A stretch of 60,851 nucleotides of DNA, counting the filler. It is 6 parts of 6 records of this genome, joined end to end, with 100 filler letters (N's around TTAATTAATTAA, not from the genome) between each part and the next. Parts side by side here need not be neighbours in the genome. Positions count along the whole stretch, not along the records: positions 30,473 to 36,643 come from DRR723986_6332; positions 36,744 to 52,172 come from DRR723986_6337; 4 more parts are not named here. One strand, written 5' to 3'. Below the pieces are notes generated by a model. It ran no database searches. It worked only from the letters and a program-made list of their open reading frames with translations, and was not told where the DNA came from. A program made the translations under genes and the position numbers. How positions within the stretch are numbered: position 1 is the first letter of the stretch; the number at the start of each line of letters is the position of its first letter. Below are positions 30,538 through 40,951 of this stretch, piece after piece.

Positions 30538-30634
30538 CGGCGATTTTATCGTTTTTTCAAATTCGCCGTATCGCCTTGTTTCCTCACCATCAAAAGTATA
30601 GGTAGGGCGTGGATTTTCAGTGCCGGAGGCAGCC

Positions 30635-31615
30635 ATGTCAAAACTCGTCACACTCTACGGCGGTTCAGGCTTTGTTGGGCGTTATATCGCGCGCCGCTTG
30701 GCCCAGCAGGGCTGGCGCATTCGCGTGGCCGTGCGCCGCCCGAACGAGGCGATGCATGTCAAACCCTATGGCGCGCCCGGCCAGGTCGAGCCGGTTTTGT
30801 GCAACATCCGCGATGATGCCAGCGTGCGCGCCGCCATGCAGGGCGCAGATGCCGTAGTAAATTGTGTGGGCACGTTCGATGCCACTGGCAAAAACAATTT
30901 CGATGCCGTGCAACACCAGGGCGCGGCCAGAATCGCGCGTATAGCGGCAGAATCGGGCGTGGCGCATATGGTGCATATTTCGGCCATCGGTGCCGATGCG
31001 AATGGCGCCAGCCAATATCAGCGCAGCAAGGCTTTGGGCGAACAGGCGGTGCTGCAGCACATGCCCAACGCCATGATCCTGCGGCCTTCGGTGATTTTTG
31101 GCAATGAAGACGGGTTCTTTAACCGCTTTGGCGCCATGGCCGCAAACGCGCCGGTGCTGCCCTTGGTGGGTGCTGATACGCGTTTTCAGCCGGTCTATGT
31201 TGATGATGTGGCCGCCGCTGCTGTGCTGGGTGTCACCGGGCAGGCCAGCGGCACGTTCGAGCTGGGCGGGCCCGATGCGGCCAGTTTCCGCGCGCTGATG
31301 CAGCAGATGCTGGCCGTCATTCAGCGCCGCCGCCCGATTGTAAACATTCCCACCCCTGTGGCGGGGCTGATGGCCTGGGCGCTGGATATGGTGCAGGCCG
31401 TCACTGGCGGGCTGGTGAAAAACACCATGATCACGCGCGATCAGGTGAAAAGCCTGCAATCAGATAATGTGGTGGCGCCACATGCCAAAACCCTGCAGGA
31501 CTTGGGCATCGAGCCCACTGCAATTGGCGCCGTATTGCCCGAATATATGTGGGCCTATCGCCCCTCGGGCCAATATGCCGCGATCAAGGATTCGGCCAAA
31601 AACCTGCGCGCCTAA
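30635..31615 (+). CDS. Complex I NDUFA9-family NAD-dependent epimerase/dehydratase
   Basis: GGSGFVGRY, RVAVRRP, YGAPGQV, SAIGAD, YQRSKALGE, FQPVYVDDVA. Confidence 0.9.
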   Translation: MSKLVTLYGGSGFVGRYIARRLAQQGWRIRVAVRRPNEAMHVKPYGAPGQVEPVLCNIRDDASVRAAMQGADAVVNCVGTFDATGKNNFDAVQHQGAARIARIAAESGVAHMVHISAIGADANGASQYQRSKALGEQAVLQHMPNAMILRPSVIFGNEDGFFNRFGAMAANAPVLPLVGADTRFQPVYVDDVAAAAVLGVTGQASGTFELGGPDAASFRALMQQMLAVIQRRRPIVNIPTPVAGLMAWALDMVQAVTGGLVKNTMITRDQVKSLQSDNVVAPHAKTLQDLGIEPTAIGAVLPEYMWAYRPSGQYAAIKDSAKNLRA

Positions 31616-31644
31616 CAAAACAGCGCGCCATATGGAAAACACCG

Positions 31645-31674
31645 GGGCCTACGCCACAGCGTGGGCCCTTTTTT
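31645..31674 (+). terminator. Rho-independent terminator
   Basis: GGGCCTACGC-CACA-GCGTGGGCCC followed by T6. Confidence 0.75.
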
Positions 31675-31681
31675 ACAGCGC

Positions 31682-32044
31682 TTAATGCAGCTTTAGGTCG
31701 GCCGAATCGCCCTTGCCCTTGTCGGCGATAAACCGCAGCGTGCGCCCTTGCACCACCACCAGCTGGCAATTGGCGCCAATATCGGTGCCGCCCCAGTTCA
31801 TTTCGCGGCAAAAATAGCCATCTTGCCAGTTCCACTGCCCGGTTACGGGCCAGCCCATGGCGCGGCCTTCGATCTGGCCATCGTCGCGCACCTGCAAGTT
31901 TATGCCGAATCTGCGCAGGCTTTTGCCATTTATCAGCGACAGAAAATCGCCCTTGCTGCGCACAGGCTGAAACCCCTCGGCCAAGGCCGGGGCGGGGCCC
32001 ATAGTTGCAAAGGCACTTGCCAGCAGCACAGCCCAGATCGGCAT
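31682..32044 (-). CDS. Small secreted hypothetical protein downstream of dapB
   Basis: Signal peptide (PALA-E), W.W.DGYFCR and NCQ Cys pair. Confidence 0.75.
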   Translation of the reverse strand: MPIWAVLLASAFATMGPAPALAEGFQPVRSKGDFLSLINGKSLRRFGINLQVRDDGQIEGRAMGWPVTGQWNWQDGYFCREMNWGGTDIGANCQLVVVQGRTLRFIADKGKGDSADLKLH

Positions 32045-32123
32045 CTTAAAACTCCTGCATTGGTTACGCAGGTTATACTGTTAAAACGCGCCGCTAGATC
32101 ACTCACAACTGGGTGAGGCGCCG

Positions 32124-32933
32124 CTAAAGCCCCAAAACATCGATCATATCATATTCGCCCGGGGCCTTATCCTGGCCCCATAGCGCCGCGCGCAACGCCC
32201 CGCGCGCAAAAACCGACCGGTCGCTGGCCACATGGCGCAGGGTGATACGCTCGCCATCGGCGGCAAACAGAACGTCATGCTCGCCGATGATATCGCCACC
32301 GCGAATCGCGTGAAAGCCGATGGCGCCGCGTTGGCGCGCCCCGGTCATGCCATCGCGGCCCCGGTCGCTGGCGCGATCCAGCGCCACACCACGCCCGTCG
32401 GCTGCCGCCTGCCCCAGCATCAGGGCCGTGCCCGATGGCGCATCAACCTTGTGGCGATGATGCGCCTCGATCACCTCGATATCGTACTCTTCGTCCAAGG
32501 CAGCCGCCACCTTGCGCGTCAGCTGCACCAGCAGGTTCACGCCCAAACTCATGTTGCCAGCCCGCACAATAACAGCGTGGCGCGCAGCGGCGTTGATACG
32601 GGCCAGATCATCGTCGCTTAGCCCGGTGGTGCCAATCACATGCACGGCGCGCGCCTGTGCCGCCAGCCCGGCAAATTCTACGGTGGCGGGAGGGGCGGTA
32701 AAATCGATCACCGCCTGCGCCTTTGCAAAGGCCTCTAGCGGGTCATCGCTGACCGTCACACCCAGCGCGGCACCGCCCATGGCCACGCCCACATCTTGGC
32801 CCACCCACGCATGGCCTGGCCGCTCGATCGCACCCACCAACCGTGCCTTGGTGCTGTCGCATACAGTGCGGATCAGCATTTGCCCCATGCGCCCCGAGGC
32901 GCCCGTAATCACAATACCCGGCAGGTCGGTCAT
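32124..32933 (-). CDS. dapB: 4-hydroxy-tetrahydrodipicolinate reductase
   Basis: [37 protein letters not shown]. Confidence 0.97.
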   Translation of the reverse strand: MTDLPGIVITGASGRMGQMLIRTVCDSTKARLVGAIERPGHAWVGQDVGVAMGGAALGVTVSDDPLEAFAKAQAVIDFTAPPATVEFAGLAAQARAVHVIGTTGLSDDDLARINAAARHAVIVRAGNMSLGVNLLVQLTRKVAAALDEEYDIEVIEAHHRHKVDAPSGTALMLGQAAADGRGVALDRASDRGRDGMTGARQRGAIGFHAIRGGDIIGEHDVLFAADGERITLRHVASDRSVFARGALRAALWGQDKAPGEYDMIDVLGL

Positions 32934-33015
32934 GTTTGATCTCCATTTCGCTGGGGCGTTCATAGCGAAATCAACTCATCTTGGCAAAGGGCCCACAAAG
33001 GCGTAAGTGCGGGGC

Positions 33016-33435
33016 ATGGCAAAGAACAAATTTCACGAAGGCCCCGGGCCCAGCCAACGGCAATTGCGCGTGTCGGAAACCATCCGCCGCGCCCTGTCCG
33101 AGGTATTGGCGCGCGGCGATATTCACGACCCCGAGCTTAACCGCCTGTCGATTACCGTAGGCGAGGTGCAATGCACACCCGATCTAAAGATTGCCACCGC
33201 CTATGTGCTGCCGCTGGGGGGGCAGGGCCAAGATACAATCTTGCAGATGCTGGCCCGTAACAAAGCCGAGCTGCGCCGCCTGATTGGCCGCAAACTTGGG
33301 CTGAAATTCACCCCCGATCTGCGGTTTCGCCTGGATGAAACCTTTGATCGTCTGGATGAAACCCGCCGCCTATTTTCTGATGAAACCGTGCAGCGCGATA
33401 TTGCCCAAACGGACGAAGACCCGCAGCCGGAATGA
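33016..33435 (+). CDS. rbfA: Ribosome-binding factor A
   Basis: SQRQLRV.E.IRR, TPDLKIA, LKFTPDLRFRLDETF. Confidence 0.95.
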   Translation: MAKNKFHEGPGPSQRQLRVSETIRRALSEVLARGDIHDPELNRLSITVGEVQCTPDLKIATAYVLPLGGQGQDTILQMLARNKAELRRLIGRKLGLKFTPDLRFRLDETFDRLDETRRLFSDETVQRDIAQTDEDPQPE

Positions 33436-34166
33436 CCCGTTGGCGCCATATCGTGGCGGGCCTGCTGGCCCTATGCGCCAGCCCGGCCTGCGCGGTTGAC
33501 TGCCAAAACATCACCCATGCTGACATCAGTTTCACGCTGTGCACCGTAGATGCGCAGGCCGAACAGATCGCGCTGTTTTTAGATGCGCCAAATGGCGAGA
33601 AATTTGGCCATTTCTCAACCCTGAACCAGCATCTAGCGACCATGGGCAAACGCCTGGCCTTTGCGATGAATGCCGGCATGTATCACCCCAATCGCGCGCC
33701 GGTGGGCCATTATGTGGAAAACGGCCAGCAGCGCATGCGCGTGGTAGAAACCGCCGGGCCCGGCAATTTTGGTATGCTGCCCAATGGCATCTTCTGCGTG
33801 GGCCAGGGGCGCGCCGATGTGATCGAAACGCTGGAATTTCAACGCAGCCGCCCAGCCTGCCGCCATGCCACCCAATCTGGGCCAATGTTGGTGATCGACG
33901 GCGCCTTGCACCCGCGTTTTTTGGAAAACAGCACGTGGCGCAACATTCGCAATGGCGTAGGCACCAGCGCCGATGGCCGCTGGGCCTATTTTGCCATATC
34001 AAACGGCCTCGTGACCTTTTTCGAAATGGCCACGTTTTTTCGCGAAGTGCTGAAAACGCCCAATGCGCTTTATTTTGATGGCACAATCTCGCGCCTGCAC
34101 GCCCCTGGCATGGGGCGTTCCGATATCGGGTTTCGCATGGGGCCAATCGTGGGCGTGGTAGAATAA
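33432..34166 (+). CDS. Phosphodiester glycosidase (YigE/DUF2233-like) periplasmic protein
   Basis: Signal peptide, FAMNAGMY, GNFGMLPNG, TQSGPMLV, IRNGVG, ALYFDG. Confidence 0.85.
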   Translation: MTRWRHIVAGLLALCASPACAVDCQNITHADISFTLCTVDAQAEQIALFLDAPNGEKFGHFSTLNQHLATMGKRLAFAMNAGMYHPNRAPVGHYVENGQQRMRVVETAGPGNFGMLPNGIFCVGQGRADVIETLEFQRSRPACRHATQSGPMLVIDGALHPRFLENSTWRNIRNGVGTSADGRWAYFAISNGLVTFFEMATFFREVLKTPNALYFDGTISRLHAPGMGRSDIGFRMGPIVGVVE

Positions 34167-36167
34167 TCAGGCCGCCACGCGCGGGCGCCCCGTGGCCTCG
34201 ACAGTGATCGTCGCCTCTAAAAACACCTCGCGCGCCTCTATCACCGCGCGGCGCTCGTCGCGGGTGGCGGTGCTTTGCACACCCTCGGCACCGCCTGCGC
34301 GCACTTCGTCTTCGGCCTGCATGCGCAACACCGCCTCTAAATGCGCCATTGCCTCTTCAGGCGTGGTGAAATCCAGCGGGCCCGTGGCCAGATGCACGCG
34401 GTATTTCCCCTCGGATGGGGCCGTTACCGTGCCCGCCCTGCGCAGCGTCACCCGGCCCACAACCGCCCCGATGGCATTGGCCACACCGGCATGTTCGGGC
34501 AGGATCATCCGGGCATGCAGCGCCTGGCCCACGGCCGGGTAATAGGTAGGCGCCGAGGCCCCCAGCCCGATGACATCCACATTCAACCCCGCCTCTAGCC
34601 GCACCAGCCCAGCATGGCGCTGCAGCCCCCGCGCCAGCAAAACATGGCGCGCCAAATCGGCAGGCGGTAGGCCAAAGCCTGGCTGTTCCTCGGCAAAGGC
34701 GCTTTCCAGCAGCGCCAGACAGGTTTGTTCGGTCAGCTGGTCAATAATCATGCGCGCCAGATCGCTGGGGTTTGGGGCCAACATATCGCCCGATCCGCGG
34801 CGGCGGCGCCCAAAAAGCTGCAGCGCCTTTTCCGCCGCAGATCTATCCCAGGCGTCCAGCAGCCCCAATACATGCGCCGCATCCGATGGCGTCACCCCCG
34901 CCACCTGCACCAGCCCACGGGCCACCAACCGCGCCAGCGCCTGCCCCTCAAGCCGCGATTTCAACACCGCCGATACCGGTTGCACGCCTTCGCCCACGCG
35001 CGCCAAAACTGCCCTTTCCCGATCGCCCAAGCCCTGCGCATCTACCCCCGGCACTGCGCGCACAAACCGCCCATCATGTTCGCCAGGCATCAATGTGCGC
35101 AGCTGGGCGTCTAACACCTCGTGCACCAGGTCTGGCGCCTGTATCGCCACCAATGACACAGGCAACAGCCGCCGCGGCCCAAGGCTAAGCTGCCCTGCCA
35201 AACCATCTAACATGCGCAGCTCGCTATCACCGCCCAAACCTGTGGTGCGCATCGCCACTGCCTCGACCATAGTGCGCCAGCCGCCCACCTCGGCACCCGC
35301 CGGGTCGATGGCCGGGCGCCCATCGCGCAACACAGCCACATCAGTGGTGGTGCCGCCAATATCGCTGACCAAGGCATTCTGGGCACCCGTCAACCACCGC
35401 GCGCCCACAATGCTGGCGGCCGGGCCTGAAAGGATGGTTTCAATCGGGCGCTCCTTGGCCTGGCCCGCCGACATCAGCGCGCCATCCCCCCGCACCACCA
35501 TCAAAGGTGCCGACACACCGATTTCGGCCAAAACATCCTCGGCCCGGCCGATCAAACGGTGGGTCATGCCAATCAGCCGCGCATTCAACAGCGCCGTCAA
35601 CGCCCGCTTTGGGCCATTCAACTTGGCCGACAAATGATGCGACAGGCTGGCCGGCTTGCCCTGATACTGGCGTATCAGCGCCTCGGCACGCAATTCATGG
35701 CCTGGGTTGCGCGTGGCAAATTGCGCCGCCACCGCATAGGCCGAAACATCGGCGCCCTCGCCCTGCAGCCAAGCCACCAGCGCATCTTCGTCCAGCGGCT
35801 GGGCCTGCCCACCCCCGTGGTTGTGGCCACCAGCCAACACAATAAAAGGATCGCCCCGCAGCGCCTCGCGCAGGCCGTGGGCGTCTAGATCGCGGGCATC
35901 AAAGCCAATATAGATCAGCCCCACACGCCCACCCTGCCCCTCAACCAGCGCATTCGTGGCCAAGGTTGTGGAAAGCGAGGCCAGCGCCACATCGCCCGGG
36001 CGCACCTGAGCCTGATCCAAGACCGCACGCACAGCCGCACCAATGCCCTGGGCCAAATCATGGCGGGTGGTCAGCGATTTCGCGCTGGCAATCACCTCGC
36101 GCTCGCCCTCGATCAGCACCGCATCCGTATAGGTGCCACCTGTATCCACGCCCAGCAACACACTCAT
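34167..36167 (-). CDS. Hydantoinase/oxoprolinase A-subunit family protein
   Basis: GVDTGGTYTDAV, STTLATNA, ILSGPAAS, DIGGTTTD, GLGGDS, ANAIGA. Confidence 0.88.
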   Translation of the reverse strand: MSVLLGVDTGGTYTDAVLIEGEREVIASAKSLTTRHDLAQGIGAAVRAVLDQAQVRPGDVALASLSTTLATNALVEGQGGRVGLIYIGFDARDLDAHGLREALRGDPFIVLAGGHNHGGGQAQPLDEDALVAWLQGEGADVSAYAVAAQFATRNPGHELRAEALIRQYQGKPASLSHHLSAKLNGPKRALTALLNARLIGMTHRLIGRAEDVLAEIGVSAPLMVVRGDGALMSAGQAKERPIETILSGPAASIVGARWLTGAQNALVSDIGGTTTDVAVLRDGRPAIDPAGAEVGGWRTMVEAVAMRTTGLGGDSELRMLDGLAGQLSLGPRRLLPVSLVAIQAPDLVHEVLDAQLRTLMPGEHDGRFVRAVPGVDAQGLGDRERAVLARVGEGVQPVSAVLKSRLEGQALARLVARGLVQVAGVTPSDAAHVLGLLDAWDRSAAEKALQLFGRRRRGSGDMLAPNPSDLARMIIDQLTEQTCLALLESAFAEEQPGFGLPPADLARHVLLARGLQRHAGLVRLEAGLNVDVIGLGASAPTYYPAVGQALHARMILPEHAGVANAIGAVVGRVTLRRAGTVTAPSEGKYRVHLATGPLDFTTPEEAMAHLEAVLRMQAEDEVRAGGAEGVQSTATRDERRAVIEAREVFLEATITVEATGRPRVAA

Positions 36168-36198
36168 CCGCCCAACTCCCCAATTCGCTTGCCCCGCC

Positions 36199-36643
36199 CT
36201 ATAGCGGTGCCACAGCGCCGGCGCGCCCATTTGCGTCACCCATCAGTCGCTCTACGGCCCATCGCGCAGCATCCGCCACCGCCGGGTCGGTATCCTGGCA
36301 CAAGCCCTGCACCACAGGCAGCAGCTTAGGTTGGCCTGAATTGCCAATGGCATAAAGCACGTTGCGCACAAATCTGTTGCGCCCGATGCGCTTGATCGGG
36401 CTGCCAGAAAACCGCGCGCGAAACCCGGCATCATCCAGGGCCGCCAGCGCCGCCAAATCGGGCGCCTGCAGATCGGGGCGCGCGTGGTAGCGCATCTCGC
36501 GGGCCACAGTGGCAAATTTGTTCCAAGGGCACGCCGCCAAACAATCGTCACAGCCATAAATACGGTTGCCCAGCTTGGCGCGCAAATCGGGGGCAACAGG
36601 CCCATGATGCTCGATCGTCAGATAAGAAATGCAGCGCCGCGCA
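36199..36643 (-). CDS. queG: Epoxyqueuosine reductase, C-terminal part (partial)
   Basis: [35 protein letters not shown]. Confidence 0.93.
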
Positions 36644-36743
36644 NNNNNNNNNNNNNNNNNNNNNNNNNNNNNNNNNNNNNNNNNNNNTTAATTAATTAAN
36701 NNNNNNNNNNNNNNNNNNNNNNNNNNNNNNNNNNNNNNNNNNN
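36644..36743. other. Artificial contig linker
   Basis: N44-TTAATTAATTAA-N44. Confidence 0.99.
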
Positions 36744-36873
36744 GTTTACGGCCATGGCTGTGGGCATCGTCGGCCTGGCTCGCGGCTGGTGGCGCGGTAT
36801 CTCGGACCGGCTGCCCGGGCAGCAGGCGCGGGGTCAGCAGCTTGCGGTGGTCATGCGGCGCACGACGCGCCAC
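36744..36873 (-). CDS. Possible N-terminus of the next polysaccharide-cluster gene (cut)
   Basis: GTG-started open frame begins 3 nt after the tyrosine kinase stop and runs to the contig edge. Confidence 0.3.
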
Positions 36874-36876
36874 TGA

Positions 36877-37797
36877 TCATCCGCCGTAACCATATCCGGG
36901 TTCTTCGTCCAGCTCGGCCTTGTTCATCACCACACCGAGGATCGGCAGGTCGTCGCCGAGACGGCGTTGAACCTCGCGCACGTCGCGTGCGCGGGTTTCG
37001 CCACCGCCGATCACCAGCAGCACGCAGTCGATATGCGGGCGAAACGCCAGGACATCGTCCATGGCGAGGGCAGGGGGCAGATCGTAAAGGATCAGGTCGG
37101 CGCCGAGTTCCCGTTGCATACGGGCCAGCACCTCGGTTGTGGAGGGGTTTTGCAACAGCTCTGCCGCGAACGGATCGGTGCGCCCGTTGACGCCAAGCGC
37201 CAGCCGATCACCGATGTTCAGCATATTGGGCGCGAAGGTCGACAGGTAGGTTTCGGTGGTGATCTCTCCGCGCAGAAAATCCGCGGTCGCGGGCATGTCG
37301 CGCAAGCCAAGCACGCGCGCCAGGCCGGGGCGGCGCAGGTCCATGTCGATCAGCGCGGTACGCAGATCGGTCAGGCGCGACAGGCTTATGGCCAGGTTGA
37401 TGGCTGTAAAGCTTTTGCCATTGCCGGGGTTAGGCGAGGTGATGCCGATCCGGCTCCAGCCGTGGTCGCGCATCGCCTGCACGATCCGGGTGCGCAGCAC
37501 ATCGAACGCGCCGTGGGCCGGGTCGTGACGATTGGCGGTAATCACGAGGTTGCGATCCAGCCGCGCGGGTTCCACCGGGATGCGGGGAAGGCGGGCCCAG
37601 ATATCTCCGTCCGGATGGGGTGTAGACCGGACCGGGGCGGAGCCGGTCTCAGGGTCAGCCTCGTCATCGTCGCCTTCGAGAACGAGAGTCTGGTTGGCGG
37701 TCAGTGCATCGCGCAGCCGCCGTTCCAACGCCCGGCGGCGCCGGTCGCTGTCGCTCAGCCCGTCGTTGGGGCTGTTGTTTGGGCGGTTGCTGCTCAT
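36877..37797 (-). CDS. CpsD/CapB-type BY tyrosine kinase, cytoplasmic domain only
   Basis: FDVLRT, TSPNPGNGKS, DMDLRRP, DLPP, GVVMNK, C-terminal GYGY. Confidence 0.85.
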   Translation of the reverse strand: MSSNRPNNSPNDGLSDSDRRRRALERRLRDALTANQTLVLEGDDDEADPETGSAPVRSTPHPDGDIWARLPRIPVEPARLDRNLVITANRHDPAHGAFDVLRTRIVQAMRDHGWSRIGITSPNPGNGKSFTAINLAISLSRLTDLRTALIDMDLRRPGLARVLGLRDMPATADFLRGEITTETYLSTFAPNMLNIGDRLALGVNGRTDPFAAELLQNPSTTEVLARMQRELGADLILYDLPPALAMDDVLAFRPHIDCVLLVIGGGETRARDVREVQRRLGDDLPILGVVMNKAELDEEPGYGYGG

Positions 37798-37888
37798 GTC
37801 CAGTCTCGTCCTGTCGTTAGCCGGAACCCCGGCTCGCTTCTTTATATAGGGCAAGTTTGGCACAATTAAGCCCTTTGCTGATCCTGGG

Positions 37889-39967
37889 TCAGACCCCGAA
37901 AAGTGCCTTGGCAGTCAGCGCACTGGTCAGGAACCTGTCACGATCCGCCTCTGGTTGCCAGCCGAGCACCCGTTTGGGCAGGCTGTTGTCGAAACGCGCC
38001 AGATGGGCCCGTGATTTCCAGTCGGCAAGCGACGGTCTGACTGCGTTGCGGCGGCCGAGCGCGTAGCGTTTCAACGCATATTTCACCCCATCCGCCATCC
38101 ACATGGCTGTCAGATTGCCGGAACTCACCCGCATCCGCGAGCCGAGCCTGTCGTGAATGGCCTCGAAATAATCGCGACCCGTCAACAGATGTTCGCCCGT
38201 CAGGTTGAAGCTGCGCCCGAGCGCGCCGTCGCGCTCCATCATCGCGATCAGCCCGTCAGACAAGTCATCGGCCAAAACGAAGGGCAGGATATTGCGCCCG
38301 TTTCCCCATAGTTTGACAGCGCCCGCACCGTGCCAGCGTCCGATCCCCCAATGCTGCAACGGCCCGTCACCACCCACCACGATGCCGGGGCGCGCGATGA
38401 CCAGCGGCAGCCCGTCCTGCCGGTGCATCCGCATCAGCCGCCGTTCGCATTCGGCCTTGGACCGCGCATAGAGATTGCGCGCCTCGATATCGCCAAAACC
38501 AGTGGCCTCGGTGATCATCCCGTCGGGGTCTGACATGTCGTAGGAGGCAATGGTGCCGGTATAGATCAGCCGGGACACACCCGCCTGCAACGCGGCTTCA
38601 CCGATCCTGACAGCAGTGCCGACGTCGTTCTTCAGTGCGTCTTCCCATGTGTCATCCATGGATTTCGCAAGGTTGTAGACGGTGTGGATGCCCTCCATCG
38701 CTGCGGTGATGCCGACCTTGTCGGTCAACGATACCGGGCAGGTTTCCACGTGATCGGCAATATCCGCAAAGGGGCCATGCGCGCCGCGCGAGAGCACCCG
38801 CACATCATGGCCCTCGGCCACCAAGGCCCGCGTCAGGTTGCGGCCGATATAGCCGGTGCCACCAATGACCATGACGCCGGGGCGCGGGGTGCCGGTGACA
38901 ACGGCCGGCGCAGGGTGCGTCGGGATCAGGGCCAGCGTGTCGTCTATGGCCTGCATCACGGTCACGGCGGCCTCGGATGAAAAGCGTTGATCAGGCGCGC
39001 CATAAACGGCGCGGTTCATTCCCTGAAAGCTCTGCCCATAGGGGCTGCGACGGTTCAGCGACGCGGTCTGGATCGCGGCATTGCGCAGCCCCTCGCGCAG
39101 ATGTTCCTTGGTCGCGCCCAGTTGCTTCAACAGGGGGTTCACCACCAGATCGGCGGTGTTGTCGCGCGTTGTGACCAGCGTATCGGCGGCATAGTCCAGC
39201 CGTGCCATGCCAGATGATCCGCGCAAGGTCACGGACCTGTCGTCGATGGTTTCGACCATGGACAGCGTCAGTGTCACGTCCACATCGCCTGCGCGCGCAA
39301 GGATGCGCCAGCTTTGGTCGCGGGTCTCGCCGGCGGGCAGGGGGACAGGCTGGCCGGTGACAGCGGCGAGGATGTCCAGCGGGCCAAAGAGGTCGACCGC
39401 AAAGGAAAACGGGTGGGGCCCAAGTTCCAACAGCAGGTTTTTCGGCTCTCGCAGCAGCCACAGCCCGTAGGGGCCGGACCGGAGAGGCGCCAGCGGCAGG
39501 CACCAGGTGATCCGCGCCTCTGCGATGCGGCCAAGTTGGCCATCAGCAACCATCCTCTTCAGCGCTTCATACCGGGGCAGCCCGAGGAAATTGTGACCGG
39601 GAGAGAACCGTTTGCCCACACGGGCTGCGGTATCGGCAATGGATTGCGTTTCAGCGGCGGACAGGGCCACGGGCTTTTCCACCAGCACATCCAGCTCGCC
39701 TTCAAGGCATTCGATAGCCAGATCATGATGCAGGTTGGGCGGCGTCAGAATATGCACGGCATCGCAGGCCCGCGCGGCAATCAGATCAGCGACGGAGGTG
39801 AAAACCTGCGCGCCATGCGCGGCCGCCAAGCCTTCGGCAGCCCCACGGCTGCGGTCGCAAACGGCGGTGATCTGAACGCCCGGCGTCGCCTTCAGCGCGT
39901 CGGCATGCCAACTGGCGATATAGCCCGCGCCGATCAGGCCGATCCGAATGGGGGAAGATGCGCTCAA
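37889..39967 (-). CDS. Fusion of Gfo/Idh/MocA oxidoreductase and NAD-dependent epimerase/dehydratase
   Basis: N-terminal GAGYIA, TPPNLH, VEKP; second Rossmann GGTGYIG, YARSK, RPGIVVG. Confidence 0.85.
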   Translation of the reverse strand: MSASSPIRIGLIGAGYIASWHADALKATPGVQITAVCDRSRGAAEGLAAAHGAQVFTSVADLIAARACDAVHILTPPNLHHDLAIECLEGELDVLVEKPVALSAAETQSIADTAARVGKRFSPGHNFLGLPRYEALKRMVADGQLGRIAEARITWCLPLAPLRSGPYGLWLLREPKNLLLELGPHPFSFAVDLFGPLDILAAVTGQPVPLPAGETRDQSWRILARAGDVDVTLTLSMVETIDDRSVTLRGSSGMARLDYAADTLVTTRDNTADLVVNPLLKQLGATKEHLREGLRNAAIQTASLNRRSPYGQSFQGMNRAVYGAPDQRFSSEAAVTVMQAIDDTLALIPTHPAPAVVTGTPRPGVMVIGGTGYIGRNLTRALVAEGHDVRVLSRGAHGPFADIADHVETCPVSLTDKVGITAAMEGIHTVYNLAKSMDDTWEDALKNDVGTAVRIGEAALQAGVSRLIYTGTIASYDMSDPDGMITEATGFGDIEARNLYARSKAECERRLMRMHRQDGLPLVIARPGIVVGGDGPLQHWGIGRWHGAGAVKLWGNGRNILPFVLADDLSDGLIAMMERDGALGRSFNLTGEHLLTGRDYFEAIHDRLGSRMRVSSGNLTAMWMADGVKYALKRYALGRRNAVRPSLADWKSRAHLARFDNSLPKRVLGWQPEADRDRFLTSALTAKALFGV

Positions 39968-39979
39968 CTCTACGATTCC

Positions 39980-40951
39980 TTACTTGTATTCAATGATTTG
40001 CATTGACCGGCCGCGCAAGCGGCGCAGGGCAAAGGTGGCCATGCCAAAAAGGTTCGGGATCTTGGACAGCGTCAGGAACCCGGCAAAGCGCCAGGCGACA
40101 CGGGGGCTGATTCCGTCGCGCAGCAACCCGCGCAGAGCACTTGCATAAGACCCGGCATAGAGCGCCAACACCCCCGCCAGAACCCACATGTTCGTCATCA
40201 ACCCGGCCAGTGCGACAGCAGGCAGCATCAGGCCGAACACATAGACGCGCGCCCGTTCCCGAGACAGGTGCGAGCCATGCAGCGCGCCCAATTGCGCAAA
40301 GCCGTGGCCATTGCGCACAGACCGTTTCCACCATTGCGAAAACCGGTGCATGTCGGCGTCATGGGCTGTCATGTTGCGGGGAATGCGCAGCAGTTTGTAA
40401 CCTGCCATCCGCACCCGCAGGCAGAACTCGTCATCCTCGGCGGCAATGACAGAGGGGTTGAATCCCCCCGCTGCCTCGAACGCCTCGGATCTCACCAGCA
40501 TATCACCGCCACAGGCCACGATCGGCCCCGCCGGGCGATACCATTCATGATCGCACATGGCGTTGTAGATGCTGGCATCGGGGTGAATTTCGCGCCGCCA
40601 ACCGGTAACGATGCCAAGCCGGGTATCGGCGCGCATCACCGACAGGGCCATGGACAGCCAATCGCGCACCAAGGCGCAATCGCCGTCGATGAATTGCAGA
40701 TAGTCCGGCAGTCCCTGATCGCGCAGCGCATCGACGCCCGCATTGCGCGCGCGGGCGGCGGTGAAGGGGATGTTCATGTCCAGCTCCACCACTTCAATAC
40801 CTTTAGACTGTGCATAGAGCACGCTGTGATCGGTCGATCCGCTATCGACATAGACGATCCGGTCTACGAGACCGATGACCGAGTCGAGCGCGCGTTTCAG
40901 TCGGTCGCCCTCGTTGCGGCCGATCAGGATAATGGCAATGGCTGTGTTCAT
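39980..40951 (-). CDS. Family 2 glycosyltransferase
   Basis: IGRNEG, VDSGSTD, ARARNAG, FIDGD, AEDDE, HDA; start at MNTAI overlaps the upstream stop. Confidence 0.9.
   Translation of the reverse strand: MNTAIAIILIGRNEGDRLKRALDSVIGLVDRIVYVDSGSTDHSVLYAQSKGIEVVELDMNIPFTAARARNAGVDALRDQGLPDYLQFIDGDCALVRDWLSMALSVMRADTRLGIVTGWRREIHPDASIYNAMCDHEWYRPAGPIVACGGDMLVRSEAFEAAGGFNPSVIAAEDDEFCLRVRMAGYKLLRIPRNMTAHDADMHRFSQWWKRSVRNGHGFAQLGALHGSHLSRERARVYVFGLMLPAVALAGLMTNMWVLAGVLALYAGSYASALRGLLRDGISPRVAWRFAGFLTLSKIPNLFGMATFALRRLRGRSMQIIEYK

Noticed and set aside
31682..32044. Second dihydrodipicolinate reductase next to dapB
   Set aside because: 120 aa with a signal peptide and no Rossmann or HH..K.DAPSGT motif
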